In this document: positions 19,769-29,433 of the stretch, piece after piece
Layout: each line of letters begins with the position of its first letter
How positions within the stretch are numbered: position 1 is the first letter of the stretch
Assembly: GCA_044225365.1 (NCBI GenBank)
Contig: JBGAIQ010000001.1
Location: 32,001 to 96,000 of the forward strand
DNA: 64,000 nucleotides
Origin: Planctomycetota bacterium
Lineage (GTDB): Bacteria > Planctomycetota > B15-G4 > JADJEK01
Direction: 5' to 3'
Program-made: the position numbers and the translations under genes
Notes under the pieces: generated by a model
What the model was told of the DNA's origin: nothing
The model's input: the letters and a program-made list of their open reading frames with translations, nothing else
Databases searched by the model: none

Positions 19769-21881
19769 CGCAAGAGTCGTGCGGAAGAGAGACGGCCGCG
19801 AAGTGCCGTTCGAGCAGGCCAAGATCGTGAGCGCGATCTGGAGTGCAGCTCGTTCCGTTGGCGGCGGCGATCGGCTCCTCGCCGAGGAACTCGGTTCCGT
19901 CGTCGCGATGTTCATCGAGCGCGAGTTCCAGGATCGCACGCCGTCGATCGACGATGTCTCCGATCTGATCGAGAAGGTGCTCGTCGAGACGGGTCATGCG
20001 CGCACGGCGAAGGCCTACATCCTCGAGCGGGAGCGACGCGATCGCATCCGTCAAGCATTGCGCGTGCGCGACGACGCCGCGGGTGCGCTCCCGTTCGACG
20101 GCTACACGCGAACGAGTGGAACGCACGCGCATGGGAACCCGCGAGGCGTGCTCGGATTCGGCATATCGCCCGCCGTCGACGCGCATGCGAGGGGGAGCGT
20201 CTCGCCGTGGTCGAAGGCGAAGATCATCGAGGCGTTGATCCTCGAAGCGGAGGTGCCGAACACGGTGGCCGCGGAGATCGCGTCCGAGGTGGAGCGTCGA
20301 GTCTTCGCATCGGGCATCACGCGAATCTCGACCTCATTGGTGCGCGCGCTCGTCGACAACGAGCTCTTCGAGCGCGGCTACACGCGCTGGCTCGATCGGC
20401 AGGGCGTGCTCGGGCTGCCGCGCTACGATCTCGATCGCATGGCCCGCGGGGGCGTCGAACTCGATTCGGCCTCAGCGCACTCGACGCCGTACTTCGGGAC
20501 CGCGCTCGACGGCGAAGTCGCGCGTGCGACGTGGTCGCAGTACTCGCTGCTCGAGATCTACCCGCAGCCCGTCGTCGAAGCGCACTCCGCGGGTCGGATC
20601 CACCTCGGCTGTCTCGCGGCGCCCTCGCGATTCCAGTCGCTCGCGATCGACCTCTCCAAGATCGCGCTCGAACGCCTGGCGCTGCCGTTGCCCCCGCAGC
20701 GGGCGGAGCGAGCGGGTCTGCAGGTGAGCGACCTGGTGCGAGAACCCGAACTGCTCCGCGTCATCGCGGCGCGCGCCACGAGCCTCGGTCACGAACGGAT
20801 CGTCCTCGAGGGGCTCGAGAACGCGATCGGTCGCGAACTCGAATCGGGCGCAGCGCCGCGCGATGTCGCGCGCGGATTCGCTCTCTCTCTTGCGGTGCCC
20901 GCGGGGCCCGAGGGGGTCCAGGGCCGGATCGAACTCGATCTTCCGATCGCGGTCGCGACCGGGTCGCGCGAGGGGCTCGCCGCTTCCGTCGCCTATGCGG
21001 AGTTCGTGCAGGAACTCTTGTCCGCGATCGCCCGCGTGCCGACCTTCCTCGCGCCACCGGCGATCGCGTTCCGTCTCGAGGGAGCCGCAGATGCCTCGGG
21101 CGATGTTCTCGCTGCGATCTCCCTCGCCGAAGTCGATCCCGAGCGCGTGCGGATTCGCGCGGGGCGTCGCATGCCCGGCCTTCCTCCCGTGGTGCCTTTG
21201 CTCGAGCGCGTCGCCGTGAACCTCGCGCATCCGTCGCTGCTCGCACCGAAGGGCGACACGTCGGCGGCGATCGCGCAGATCACGACGGCCATCGAGATCG
21301 CGGCCGAGGCGTGCGAAGCTCGCCTCCGGTTCCTGGCGTCGCTCGTCGGATCCGCGGCACCGCGCGAGCGCGCGGCGGCGATGTTCGGCAGCGACGAGCT
21401 CGCGGTGGGCGGCTTCGAGATCGCCCTCGCCGCGATCGACTCCGCGGCGCGCGCCCAGACTGGAGAATCGGTGGTGCGCGACGAAGGCCGCGAATACGCA
21501 CGCTCGGTCGTGGCCGCCGCGCGCGGCGTCGTCGCTCGCGAGTCCGCGTCGCGGCGCATCCCGATCGTGCTCGCCCTCTGTGACGATCGCGTCGCGCTCT
21601 CCCGTTTCGGCCGCTCGGACGCGGAGCGCTTTCCGCGAACCCGCGATGCCGCGGCCCTGCCACACGACGGCACTCGCTACGTCTATCACGGCGGCGTGCC
21701 GGCGCTCCACGCGGATGCGTCGGAACTGCCGATCGAGAAGATCGCCCGCATCGAGGCCGAGCTGCGCGCTCGCCTCGCTCCGAGCATCGTGACCCTGCCC
21801 TATGCTGCGGTCGAAGACCGCGTTCAGTTCCTGAAGATGATCGACCCGCTCTTGCGGGAGGACCTGCTTCGATGCGCTTGA
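19758..21881 (+). CDS. Tandem ATP-cone protein with a degenerate class III ribonucleotide reductase (NrdD)-like body, apparently catalytically dead
   Basis: ATP-cone 1 (VRKRDGREVPFEQAKI) and cone 2 (PWSKAKIIEALILEA...LVRALVDNELFERG); NrdD-like segments AHSAGRIHL, VAVNL, SRFGRSDAERFP; no C-terminal Zn-ribbon and no RxxGY glycyl-radical loop. Confidence 0.75.
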   Translation: MIRSARVVRKRDGREVPFEQAKIVSAIWSAARSVGGGDRLLAEELGSVVAMFIEREFQDRTPSIDDVSDLIEKVLVETGHARTAKAYILERERRDRIRQALRVRDDAAGALPFDGYTRTSGTHAHGNPRGVLGFGISPAVDAHARGSVSPWSKAKIIEALILEAEVPNTVAAEIASEVERRVFASGITRISTSLVRALVDNELFERGYTRWLDRQGVLGLPRYDLDRMARGGVELDSASAHSTPYFGTALDGEVARATWSQYSLLEIYPQPVVEAHSAGRIHLGCLAAPSRFQSLAIDLSKIALERLALPLPPQRAERAGLQVSDLVREPELLRVIAARATSLGHERIVLEGLENAIGRELESGAAPRDVARGFALSLAVPAGPEGVQGRIELDLPIAVATGSREGLAASVAYAEFVQELLSAIARVPTFLAPPAIAFRLEGAADASGDVLAAISLAEVDPERVRIRAGRRMPGLPPVVPLLERVAVNLAHPSLLAPKGDTSAAIAQITTAIEIAAEACEARLRFLASLVGSAAPRERAAAMFGSDELAVGGFEIALAAIDSAARAQTGESVVRDEGREYARSVVAAARGVVARESASRRIPIVLALCDDRVALSRFGRSDAERFPRTRDAAALPHDGTRYVYHGGVPALHADASELPIEKIARIEAELRARLAPSIVTLPYAAVEDRVQFLKMIDPLLREDLLRCA

Positions 21882-24800
21882 AGAAGATCGAGATCCACGG
21901 CTTCAAGTCCTTCGCGGACAAGACGGACTTCGAGGTCGGCAAGGGCGTGACGTGCCTCGTCGGCCCCAACGGCTGCGGCAAGAGCAACGTCGTCGACGCG
22001 CTCAAGTGGTCCCTCGGTGAGCAGCGCGCTAGCGCGCTCCGCGGCGACTCGATGGCGGACGTCATCTTCAAGGGCAACGGCAATCGCCCGGCGATGGGTT
22101 TTGCCGAAGTCACTCTCATCTTCGACAACGAAGCGGGCGAATTGCCGATCGATCTCCCCGAAGTCGCCGTGACGCGACGGCTCTATCGGAGCGGCGATTC
22201 GGAGTACCTGCTGAATCGGCAGCCCGTGCGTCTGAAGGACGTGCGGGAACTGTTCGTCGATACGGGCCTCGGAGCCAATGCGTACGCCGTGCTCGAGCAG
22301 GGCAAGATCGACGCCGTCCTGCGCGCGAATCCGGTCGATCGGCGCGCGCTCTTCGAAGAAGCGGCGGGCATCCAACGGTTCCGACTGCGCAAGAAGGAAG
22401 CCGCTCGCAAGCTCGAGAAGGTCGATCAGAATCTGTTGCGCGTCGCCGACGTCATGGCGGAACTCGAGAAGCGCGAGCGATCGCTGAAGGTCCAGGCCGG
22501 AAGGGCGCGATCCTACGTGCAGCTCACTGCGCGCCTCACCGAATTGAAGACGGTGCAATTCCTGGTCGCCGGATTCGAGATGGCGCAACGGTGGATGGAA
22601 CTCGTCACGCGCCTCGAGGCCGCACGTCTCGACGACGTGACGAGCGATCAGGCGCTCGTCGCCGCCTCCGCCGAGGTCGAGGCCCGCGACAAGATCGTCG
22701 TCGGCGAGCGCGATCGCGCCGGTGAACTCCGCACGCGCGAAGCTCAGGTCCATGCCGAGCGCGACGGCGCGCGCACTCAGATGCAGGCGCTCGAGATGCG
22801 GCGCGAAGAGTCGGAACGCGCGGCTGCGGATCGTGAGAAGAGGATCGGCGAACTCGACGCCGAGATCGTCGCTCGCGGCCAGGAAGTCGAACAGCGCGAG
22901 GCCGATGTCGCCCGCTTCGAAGGGGAGCTGAAGGACGCGCGCGCGATCGTTGCCGAACGCAAGACTGCGCTCGCGGCCGAGGAGCGCGCCGAGCAGGAAC
23001 GGGCCGCCGAGATCGAGCGTTTGCGGCGTTCGGCCATGCAGGCCGCGCAGCAGGAACTCGAACTCTCGAATCGACTGACCGCCGTCGAGACCCGCGGCCG
23101 CAGTCTGCGGCAGTCGCGAGAACGACTCGTGCGGCGCGAGGCCGAGATCGCGGGCATGCTCGAGAAGGTGCGCATCGATGCCTCCTCGATCGAGAGCAAT
23201 CTCTCCCGTCTCGGGCGAGAGGCGGAAGAGCAGGGCGCCTCGCTCGAGCGCGCGCGCGAGGAACTCGGTGCCCGCCGCACGCGCGAACACGAATTGCGCA
23301 ATGCGATCGCGGAGTTGTCGGCGCAGCGCGCCGGCAAGGTGGCCCGTCGCGATACGCTCGCATCGGTCATCGAGAAGATGGAGGGCGTCGACGAGGGCTC
23401 GCGCATCCTGCTTCGTGCCGCGCGCGACGACAAGGCGCGCCATGGCGGAGTCCTCGGACTCCTCGGCGAGATGTTCACCGTGCCGCGCGAACGAGCACGT
23501 GCGGTGGACGCGGCGCTCGGCGCCCTGGCCGGTGCAATCGTCGTCGAGAACGTCGAGGCTTTGCGACGCAGCGTCGAGTTCCTGCGCGCTCAGGGCAAGG
23601 GAACGGCGACGTTCTTCGTGCTCGACAAGGCGCGCGGACCGTCGAGCACGCAGGGTCCGGGGGAGTCGCTCCTCGAGGGCGTCGATCTCCCGGATCACGT
23701 GGCCCCGTTGTCGATGGCGGTCCTTGGCGGCGCGCGCCTCGTGCGCTCGGAGGACGCGCTGTTCGAGGCGCTCGGCGAGGGTGCGTTCGTCGTCACCGAG
23801 GACGGCATGCGCCTCGACGCGAACGGCGCGTTCCAGGACCGACCGAAGAAGCAAGCGCTCGGATTCGTCGAGCGCAAGGCGGAGCGCGATGAGCTCACGA
23901 AGGAGCTCGTCGTCCTCGAAGAGAAGCTGCATCGGATGGGCGAGGACGAGGCGCGGCTCGCGGGCGAGATCGCCGAGTGGACCGCGACCGTGTCGGAGGC
24001 CGAAGCGCGTCGACGCGCTGTCGAGGCCGGGATCGTGGAGACCCGAAGCGCATCCGAGCGACTGCGCGATCGCGCTCAGATCTTCCGTCGCGAGCTCAAG
24101 GTGAGCGCGCACGAACGCTACGACGTCGAGCGCGAGGAGACTCGCAATCATTCCGAGCGATTCGCGGCGTCCGCTGCGCTTGTCGGCAAGCAGGACGAGC
24201 GCACTGCGCTCGAGGCGAGCCGGATGGCGCTGGTGGCCGCCCGCGAAGAGCGGGAGGCTCTGCTGCAAGCGCTCGTCGAGGCCGCGGCGCAAGCGACGCG
24301 CGAGGTCGTGCGAGTGGAAGAGCGCGCACGTTCGGCCCAATCCGAACTCGCCGTCCTGAAGCGTGGTCTCGACGAACTCTTGCGTGCGCGATCCGATCAG
24401 GAGCGCGAGCGGACGAATCTTCAGGAGCGCGCGGCCCGGGCGACCGCCGACGCGGCGGCCCAGCGCGAGATCGCTGACCGGCTCGCACTCGAAGTCGAAG
24501 CGCTCGTGACCTCGATCGCATCCGCCGATGCCGCCGTCGAGGTGGCGATGTCGGCTTCGCGGGAATCGCGACAAGCCGCTCTCGAAGCCGCGGAGCGTCG
24601 CGAACAGGCGCGGGCGTGTCTCCATCGCCTCGAGATCGAAGAGCGAGAGCTCGACCTCGGCCGTACGAATCTTCGCGCTCGCGCGCAGGAAGAGATCTCT
24701 CTCGACCTCGACACCAAACTGTCGGAATTCGATCCCACGCAATCCCCACCCGCCGAGGTGCTCGCGAGCGAGATCGCGGAACTGCGCGACAAGGTGGCTC

Positions 24801-25429
24801 GACTCGGCAACGTGAATCTCGACGCGATCAACGAACTCGAGGAGGTCGAGCAACGGCTCGAATTCCTCACCAAGGAGCGGTCGGATCTCGACGCCGCGAG
24901 GCGCTCGCTCGAGGACACGATCAAGGAGCTCGATCAGATCTCGAAGGGCAAGTTCGCCGAGACGTTCGAGATCATCCGTGGACACTTCCGTGAGATCTTC
25001 CGCAAGCTGTTCCACGGCGGACGCGCCGACATCATGCTCACCGAGGGAGCGGACGTCCTCGAGGCGGGCGTCGAGATCATCGCGGGCCCGCCCGGCAAGG
25101 ATCCACGGTCGATCACGTTGCTTTCGGGCGGCGAGCGCACGATGACCGCGGTCGGTCTGCTCTTCGCGCTGTTCAAGGCGAAGCCGGCACCGGTCGCTGT
25201 GCTCGACGAAGTCGATGCCGCGCTCGACGAAGCGAACACGGAGCGCTTCTGCGGACTCCTCTCCGAGTTCATTGGCCAGTCCCAGTTCCTGATCGTGACC
25301 CACAGCAAGCGCACCATGTCGTACGCTGACATCATCTTCGGCGTCACGATGCAGGAGAATGGCGTGTCCAAGCGGATCGGGATCCGGCTCGAAGACTACG
25401 AGGACAAGGATCAGGGACAGGTCGCGTAG
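21872..25429 (+). CDS. smc: Chromosome segregation ATPase SMC
   Basis: Walker A GPNGCGKSN, Q-loop, long coiled coils with hinge, LSGGE signature, Walker B/D-loop LDEVDAALD. Confidence 0.97.
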   Translation: MRLKKIEIHGFKSFADKTDFEVGKGVTCLVGPNGCGKSNVVDALKWSLGEQRASALRGDSMADVIFKGNGNRPAMGFAEVTLIFDNEAGELPIDLPEVAVTRRLYRSGDSEYLLNRQPVRLKDVRELFVDTGLGANAYAVLEQGKIDAVLRANPVDRRALFEEAAGIQRFRLRKKEAARKLEKVDQNLLRVADVMAELEKRERSLKVQAGRARSYVQLTARLTELKTVQFLVAGFEMAQRWMELVTRLEAARLDDVTSDQALVAASAEVEARDKIVVGERDRAGELRTREAQVHAERDGARTQMQALEMRREESERAAADREKRIGELDAEIVARGQEVEQREADVARFEGELKDARAIVAERKTALAAEERAEQERAAEIERLRRSAMQAAQQELELSNRLTAVETRGRSLRQSRERLVRREAEIAGMLEKVRIDASSIESNLSRLGREAEEQGASLERAREELGARRTREHELRNAIAELSAQRAGKVARRDTLASVIEKMEGVDEGSRILLRAARDDKARHGGVLGLLGEMFTVPRERARAVDAALGALAGAIVVENVEALRRSVEFLRAQGKGTATFFVLDKARGPSSTQGPGESLLEGVDLPDHVAPLSMAVLGGARLVRSEDALFEALGEGAFVVTEDGMRLDANGAFQDRPKKQALGFVERKAERDELTKELVVLEEKLHRMGEDEARLAGEIAEWTATVSEAEARRRAVEAGIVETRSASERLRDRAQIFRRELKVSAHERYDVEREETRNHSERFAASAALVGKQDERTALEASRMALVAAREEREALLQALVEAAAQATREVVRVEERARSAQSELAVLKRGLDELLRARSDQERERTNLQERAARATADAAAQREIADRLALEVEALVTSIASADAAVEVAMSASRESRQAALEAAERREQARACLHRLEIEERELDLGRTNLRARAQEEISLDLDTKLSEFDPTQSPPAEVLASEIAELRDKVARLGNVNLDAINELEEVEQRLEFLTKERSDLDAARRSLEDTIKELDQISKGKFAETFEIIRGHFREIFRKLFHGGRADIMLTEGADVLEAGVEIIAGPPGKDPRSITLLSGGERTMTAVGLLFALFKAKPAPVAVLDEVDAALDEANTERFCGLLSEFIGQSQFLIVTHSKRTMSYADIIFGVTMQENGVSKRIGIRLEDYEDKDQGQVA

Positions 25430-25516
25430 CAGCGCCACGAGATCATCGTGGCGGGGCCGCGGCGCGCGACCGTAGTACCTGCTTCGCGGCCGCCCTTCAC
25501 CCGCAACTCATCCCAT

Positions 25517-25557
25517 GAAAGAACGAGGTCCGCGACGACGGGAGTCATCGCGGACCT
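25517..25557 (-). terminator. Rho-independent terminator of the minus-strand transcript; may also stop smc readthrough
   Basis: AGGTCCGCGATGAC-TCCC-GTCGTCGCGGACCT followed by CGTTCTTT; the one non-Watson-Crick pair is G-U only on the minus strand. Confidence 0.75.
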
Positions 25558-25651
25558 TGCTGCTTCGTGAAAGTGAGCCAGGAGGGGAACTCCGGGAAAA
25601 GGGGAAGAAGGGGAGAAGAGTTTTACACCGTAGCAGGTAACCCTCTGGCTC
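25517..25651 (-). ncRNA. Candidate ~135-nt small RNA with CU-rich loop and intrinsic terminator
   Basis: Minus strand: TACAAT -10 six nt upstream; GAGCCAGAGGG pairs with CCCTCCTGGCTC; AACTC/GAGTT stem encloses TTCTCCCCTTCTTCCCCTTTTCCCG; 14-bp terminator stem with UCCC loop, then TTCTTT. Confidence 0.65.
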
Positions 25652-25912
25652 GATTGAATTGTAGCGGATCGCGCTTGGGACCCGGTTGTAGGACTCGACT
25701 CCGTAGGTCGATTCGATCGCGTCGATTCGTCGCAATGAACTGCGGACTTCGACGCTCCGTGGGGTGTCACTGCCGTAGCATGCGACTCCGTCGCAACGGA
25801 AGCCAACACAGTAGGGAGCGGATTCGCGGAAACAAGCGACGTCCAAGAAATCTCATCGAATGCAATTCGAAACCCGGTAAACGTGCAGCACGCGCGAAAC
25901 GAAGCGCGACTC

Positions 25913-26842
25913 ATGGCCAAGAACCGATCTGCACTTCGCAATTCCCTGGAGTACGGGGCCGTCGTCGCACTCACATCGACCTTTCGAGTGATGCCACGCC
26001 CCGTCGCGTTCTGGCTCACGGATCGAATCGGAGATCTGGCCTATCTGTGGGATGCGAAGCATCGCCGCGTCGCGATCGAGAACATTGGACGCGTATTTCC
26101 GGAATGGTCTCCAACGCAAGTCCGTCGAGCCGTCCGCCAGGTCTTCCGCAACTTCCTCCGCGTCGCGATCGAGCTTGCGATCCTGCCGGATGAACTCGAG
26201 AAGCGCGGTCTGCGCGATGTCATCGAAATCGTCGGTGAGGAGCACGTGAGGGCCGCATTCGCGTCCGGCAAAGGGGTCATCGTCTACAGCGCTCACCTCG
26301 GCAACTGGGAAGCCATCGCCGCCGCCGGCGAGCCGCTCTCCATGAAGCTGCACTCGGTCGGTCGCGCCCTCGACAACCCTCTCATCGACAAGATGTTGAT
26401 CCAGCATCGGTCGCGCTACGCAAGGTCCGTCGTGCCCAAGGAGGGCGGACTCCGGCGCATCGTACAGTTGCTCCGCGAGGGTTGTGGCGTTGCGATGTTG
26501 CTCGATCAACACGCCGGTCGAGACGGTATCCTGGTGGAATTCCTCGGACGTCCGGCTGCGACGTTTCGCGCTCCCGCGGAACTCGCCTGGAAGTTCGGCC
26601 TGCCCATCCTCGGCGGATTCGGCATCCGAGTCGATTCCTCGACGGACTCGAAGTTGCGGTTCCGCCTGGAGTTCCAGGAACCGCTCCTGCCCGATCCGAC
26701 GCAACCTCGTGAGGATGAAGTGCGGAGGCTCACTCAGTCGATGACGGATCGGATCGCTGTCTACGTGCGCCGTCATCCTGAGCAGTGGAACTGGCTGCAT
26801 CGTCGCTGGCGTGACGTGAAGACCCCGGAGAGTCGCCCTTGA
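25913..26842 (+). CDS. Lipid A late acyltransferase (LpxL/HtrB-like, lysophospholipid acyltransferase family)
   Basis: SAHLGNWE, DNPLID, LLDQH, VEFLG, HPEQWNWLHRRW. Confidence 0.9.
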   Translation: MAKNRSALRNSLEYGAVVALTSTFRVMPRPVAFWLTDRIGDLAYLWDAKHRRVAIENIGRVFPEWSPTQVRRAVRQVFRNFLRVAIELAILPDELEKRGLRDVIEIVGEEHVRAAFASGKGVIVYSAHLGNWEAIAAAGEPLSMKLHSVGRALDNPLIDKMLIQHRSRYARSVVPKEGGLRRIVQLLREGCGVAMLLDQHAGRDGILVEFLGRPAATFRAPAELAWKFGLPILGGFGIRVDSSTDSKLRFRLEFQEPLLPDPTQPREDEVRRLTQSMTDRIAVYVRRHPEQWNWLHRRWRDVKTPESRP

Positions 26843-27798
26843 TCCCGCCCGAGAAACCGCGCCCGATCGACCTCGCCCTCGTGCGGACGGTCCCGCTCGA
26901 TTCGCGGCCGAGTCTCGTCGAGACCTCCGCGTTTGCAGCGCCGACTCTGCCCGGTGCCGATTTCGCACGGTTCATGCAGTCGTTCCCGCGCATCCACGCA
27001 GGAAACGCCTTTCGCGACCTCGTCGAGGCGATCGCCAAGGCGCGAGAGCGCGGCGCTCCCGTCATCCTTGGAATCGGGGCGCACGTCATCAAGGTGGGGC
27101 TCGCGCCGCTCGTCATCGATCTGCTCGAGCGCGGCGTCGTGACCGCGATGGCGCTGAACGGCGCGGGCATCATCCACGACTTCGAGATCGCGACGATCGG
27201 GCGCTCGTCGGAGGACGTCGGAGCGGGGCTGGACGACGGTTCGTTCGGCATGGCGAAGGAGACGGCGGAGGAAGTGAACGGCGCCGCTGCCGACGCGCTC
27301 GAGAAGGGCTGCGGCCTCGGACGGGCGATGGGCGAGCGACTGCTGCGCAGCAAGCCGCGGCACCTTCCGTATTCGATCCTCGCTGCCTGCGCGCGCCTCG
27401 GTCTGCCGGCTACGGTTCACGTGGCGCTCGGAGCCGACATCGTCCACATGCACGGCAACGCGAATGGGGCGGCGATCGGTGCGGCATCGCTTTCCGACTT
27501 CCGACTGCTCGCGGGCGTGGTCGCGACGATGAGTGGCGGCGTGTACCTCAACGTCGGCTCCGCCGTCGTGTTGCCCGAGGTCTTCCTCAAGGCGTTGAAT
27601 CTCGCTCGCAACGTCGGGCACGACGTGAAGGACTTCACGACGGCCAACTGCGATCAGATCCGTCACTATCGACCGCGGATGAACGTGCTCGTTCGACCCG
27701 GCGGCAAGGCCATCGAACTCGTCGGTCATCACGAGTTCCTGTTTCCGTTGTTGCGTCTCGCCGTGCTCGATCGCCTCGGCATTCGGGAGGGTTCATGA
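26839..27798 (+). CDS. Conserved hypothetical protein, deoxyhypusine-synthase-like NAD-binding fold (GSU2086-like)
   Basis: GAHVIKVGL, NGAGIIHDFE, SEDV, FGMAKET, GADIVHMH, GSAVVLPEVFLKAL, GHHE; overlaps both neighbours; fold call is from recall. Confidence 0.65.
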   Translation: MIPPEKPRPIDLALVRTVPLDSRPSLVETSAFAAPTLPGADFARFMQSFPRIHAGNAFRDLVEAIAKARERGAPVILGIGAHVIKVGLAPLVIDLLERGVVTAMALNGAGIIHDFEIATIGRSSEDVGAGLDDGSFGMAKETAEEVNGAAADALEKGCGLGRAMGERLLRSKPRHLPYSILAACARLGLPATVHVALGADIVHMHGNANGAAIGAASLSDFRLLAGVVATMSGGVYLNVGSAVVLPEVFLKALNLARNVGHDVKDFTTANCDQIRHYRPRMNVLVRPGGKAIELVGHHEFLFPLLRLAVLDRLGIREGS

Positions 27799-29261
27799 CC
27801 GGAGGTTTGATCTCCATCGCGCGATCCGCGCGTCCGGTGACCGTGGGAGTCGTCGGCGACTTGATCCTCGATCGCTACCTGCGCGGCGAGACCGAACGCA
27901 TCTCTCCGGAGGCGCCGATTCCCGTCCTCGCGGTCGATCAGGAAGAAGTGCGACTCGGAGGCGCCGGCAACGTCGTCGCGAATCTGCTGTCGATCGGGGC
28001 CGAAGTCTGGGTCGGCGGAGTCGTCGGGGCCGACAAGAACGGCGTGACGTTGTGCGATTCACTGCGCGAAGCGGGAGCGAACGTCGACGCCGTCGTCGTC
28101 GATCCGGGTCGGCCGACGATCGAGAAGACGCGACTCATCGCTCGCAGTCAGCAGATGCTGCGCTTCGACCGCGAGAAGACGCATGCGCTCGAGCCTGCGG
28201 TCGAGTCGGCACTCGTCGCGAAGATCGCCGCGCTCGCGCTGCGCTCCGACATCGTCGTCGCGTCGGACTATGCGAAGGGAGTGCTCACGAAGCCCGTGCT
28301 CGCCGCGCTGTTCGCGTGTGGGAAGCGGGTCCTCGTCGATCCGAAGGGGACGGACTACAGCAAGTACCGTGGCGCGTACGCGATCACGCCGAACCGGCAC
28401 GAGGCCGAGGCCGCGACCCACGTGAAGATCACGGACGATGCGAGCCTCGAGCGCGCTGCCGCGCTGTTGTTCGACATCGTGGGCTCGCCCGTCGTGATCA
28501 TCACGCTCGGCAAGGACGGCATCTATTGCTCCGAGCGCGGCGTCGGCGCGTTCCACATCCAGACCGAAGCGAAGAAGGTGTTCGACGTGACGGGTGCCGG
28601 TGACACGGTGATCGGTCTTCTCGCGCGCTATCTCGGCGCGGGCGTCGATCTGCGTCACGCCGTGCGCATCGCGAATGCGGGTGCCGGCATCGTCGTCGGC
28701 AAGCTCGGCGCTGTCTCGGTGAGTCCGCAGGAGTTGTATCGCGCGTTGTCGGATCCGGGCGACGAGATCGTGCGCGACAAGATCCTCTCGCGCGACGAAG
28801 CAGCCTCGATCGCGCGAGATCTGCGAGCGAAGGGGCAGCGCATCGTCTTCACGAACGGCTGCTTCGATCTCTTACACGCGGGTCACGCGCGGTACCTCGC
28901 GCAAGCTCGCGCCCAGGGCGACGTGCTCATCGTCGGGCTGAACAGCGACGAGTCGGTAAGGCAATTGAAAGGCGATGGTCGTCCGTTGCTCGCGATGGAC
29001 GATCGCGCCCAGCTTCTCGCAGCGCTCGGTGTCGTCGACTTCGTCGTCCCGTTCTCCGAACTCACTCCGCAATCGTTGATCGAGGAGATCACGCCGAGCG
29101 TGCTGGTGAAGGGCGCCGACTGGAAGGGAAAGGGCGTCGTCGGCAGCGAGTGGGTCGAGCGCCATGGCGGCCGGGTCTTCTTCGCCGATTTCCTCGATGG
29201 GAGATCGACGACCGGCCTTGTCGAGCGGATCAAGTCGGGTAAGGGCTGGCGCGAGAAGTAG
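27795..29261 (+). CDS. hldE: Bifunctional heptose-7-phosphate kinase/heptose-1-phosphate adenylyltransferase HldE
   Basis: RISPEAPIPV, GGAGNV, SDYAKG, DVTGAGDT; second domain FTNGCFDLLHAGH, GLNSDESV, VKGAD, STT. Confidence 0.97.
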   Translation: MTGGLISIARSARPVTVGVVGDLILDRYLRGETERISPEAPIPVLAVDQEEVRLGGAGNVVANLLSIGAEVWVGGVVGADKNGVTLCDSLREAGANVDAVVVDPGRPTIEKTRLIARSQQMLRFDREKTHALEPAVESALVAKIAALALRSDIVVASDYAKGVLTKPVLAALFACGKRVLVDPKGTDYSKYRGAYAITPNRHEAEAATHVKITDDASLERAAALLFDIVGSPVVIITLGKDGIYCSERGVGAFHIQTEAKKVFDVTGAGDTVIGLLARYLGAGVDLRHAVRIANAGAGIVVGKLGAVSVSPQELYRALSDPGDEIVRDKILSRDEAASIARDLRAKGQRIVFTNGCFDLLHAGHARYLAQARAQGDVLIVGLNSDESVRQLKGDGRPLLAMDDRAQLLAALGVVDFVVPFSELTPQSLIEEITPSVLVKGADWKGKGVVGSEWVERHGGRVFFADFLDGRSTTGLVERIKSGKGWREK

Positions 29262-29293
29262 TTGACGTCGATGGAGGGCGGCAGCGTCCATCC

Positions 29294-29311
29294 TGGCACA
29301 GGGCGTGTTAA
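29294..29311 (+). promoter_or_regulatory. Sigma54-like promoter, TGGCAC-N6-TGTTAA variant
   Basis: TGGCACAGGGCGTGTTAA upstream of the bEBP gene; same motif at 39034. Confidence 0.45.
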
Positions 29312-29433
29312 CCGAGCGATTTCGCTCGCATCACTCCGTTGATGGTGCGATTCACCACGTTACCCGTTCAGTTCCGCGCGATATCCTCGCGCGGCGTTCG
29401 CAATCGCGCGGACCCTTCCTGCTGAACGGAGCG

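Noticed and set aside
21824-25438. 1204-aa antisense ORF over smc, and many similar long shadow ORFs (e.g. 4044-6344, 16104-18176, 59613-61706)
   Set aside because: They lie antisense or off-frame to clear genes; expected from high-GC codon bias; Arg/Ala-rich with no recognisable motifs
25575-25651. The paired-end RNA as a tRNA or tRNA pseudogene
   Set aside because: No T-loop, D-loop, anticodon arm or CCA; reported as an sRNA candidate instead
25567-26193. 208-aa plus-strand ORF (and 25508-25846 minus) across the smc-lpxL gap
   Set aside because: Atypical composition, overlaps the acyltransferase out of frame; the RNA-structure explanation fits better
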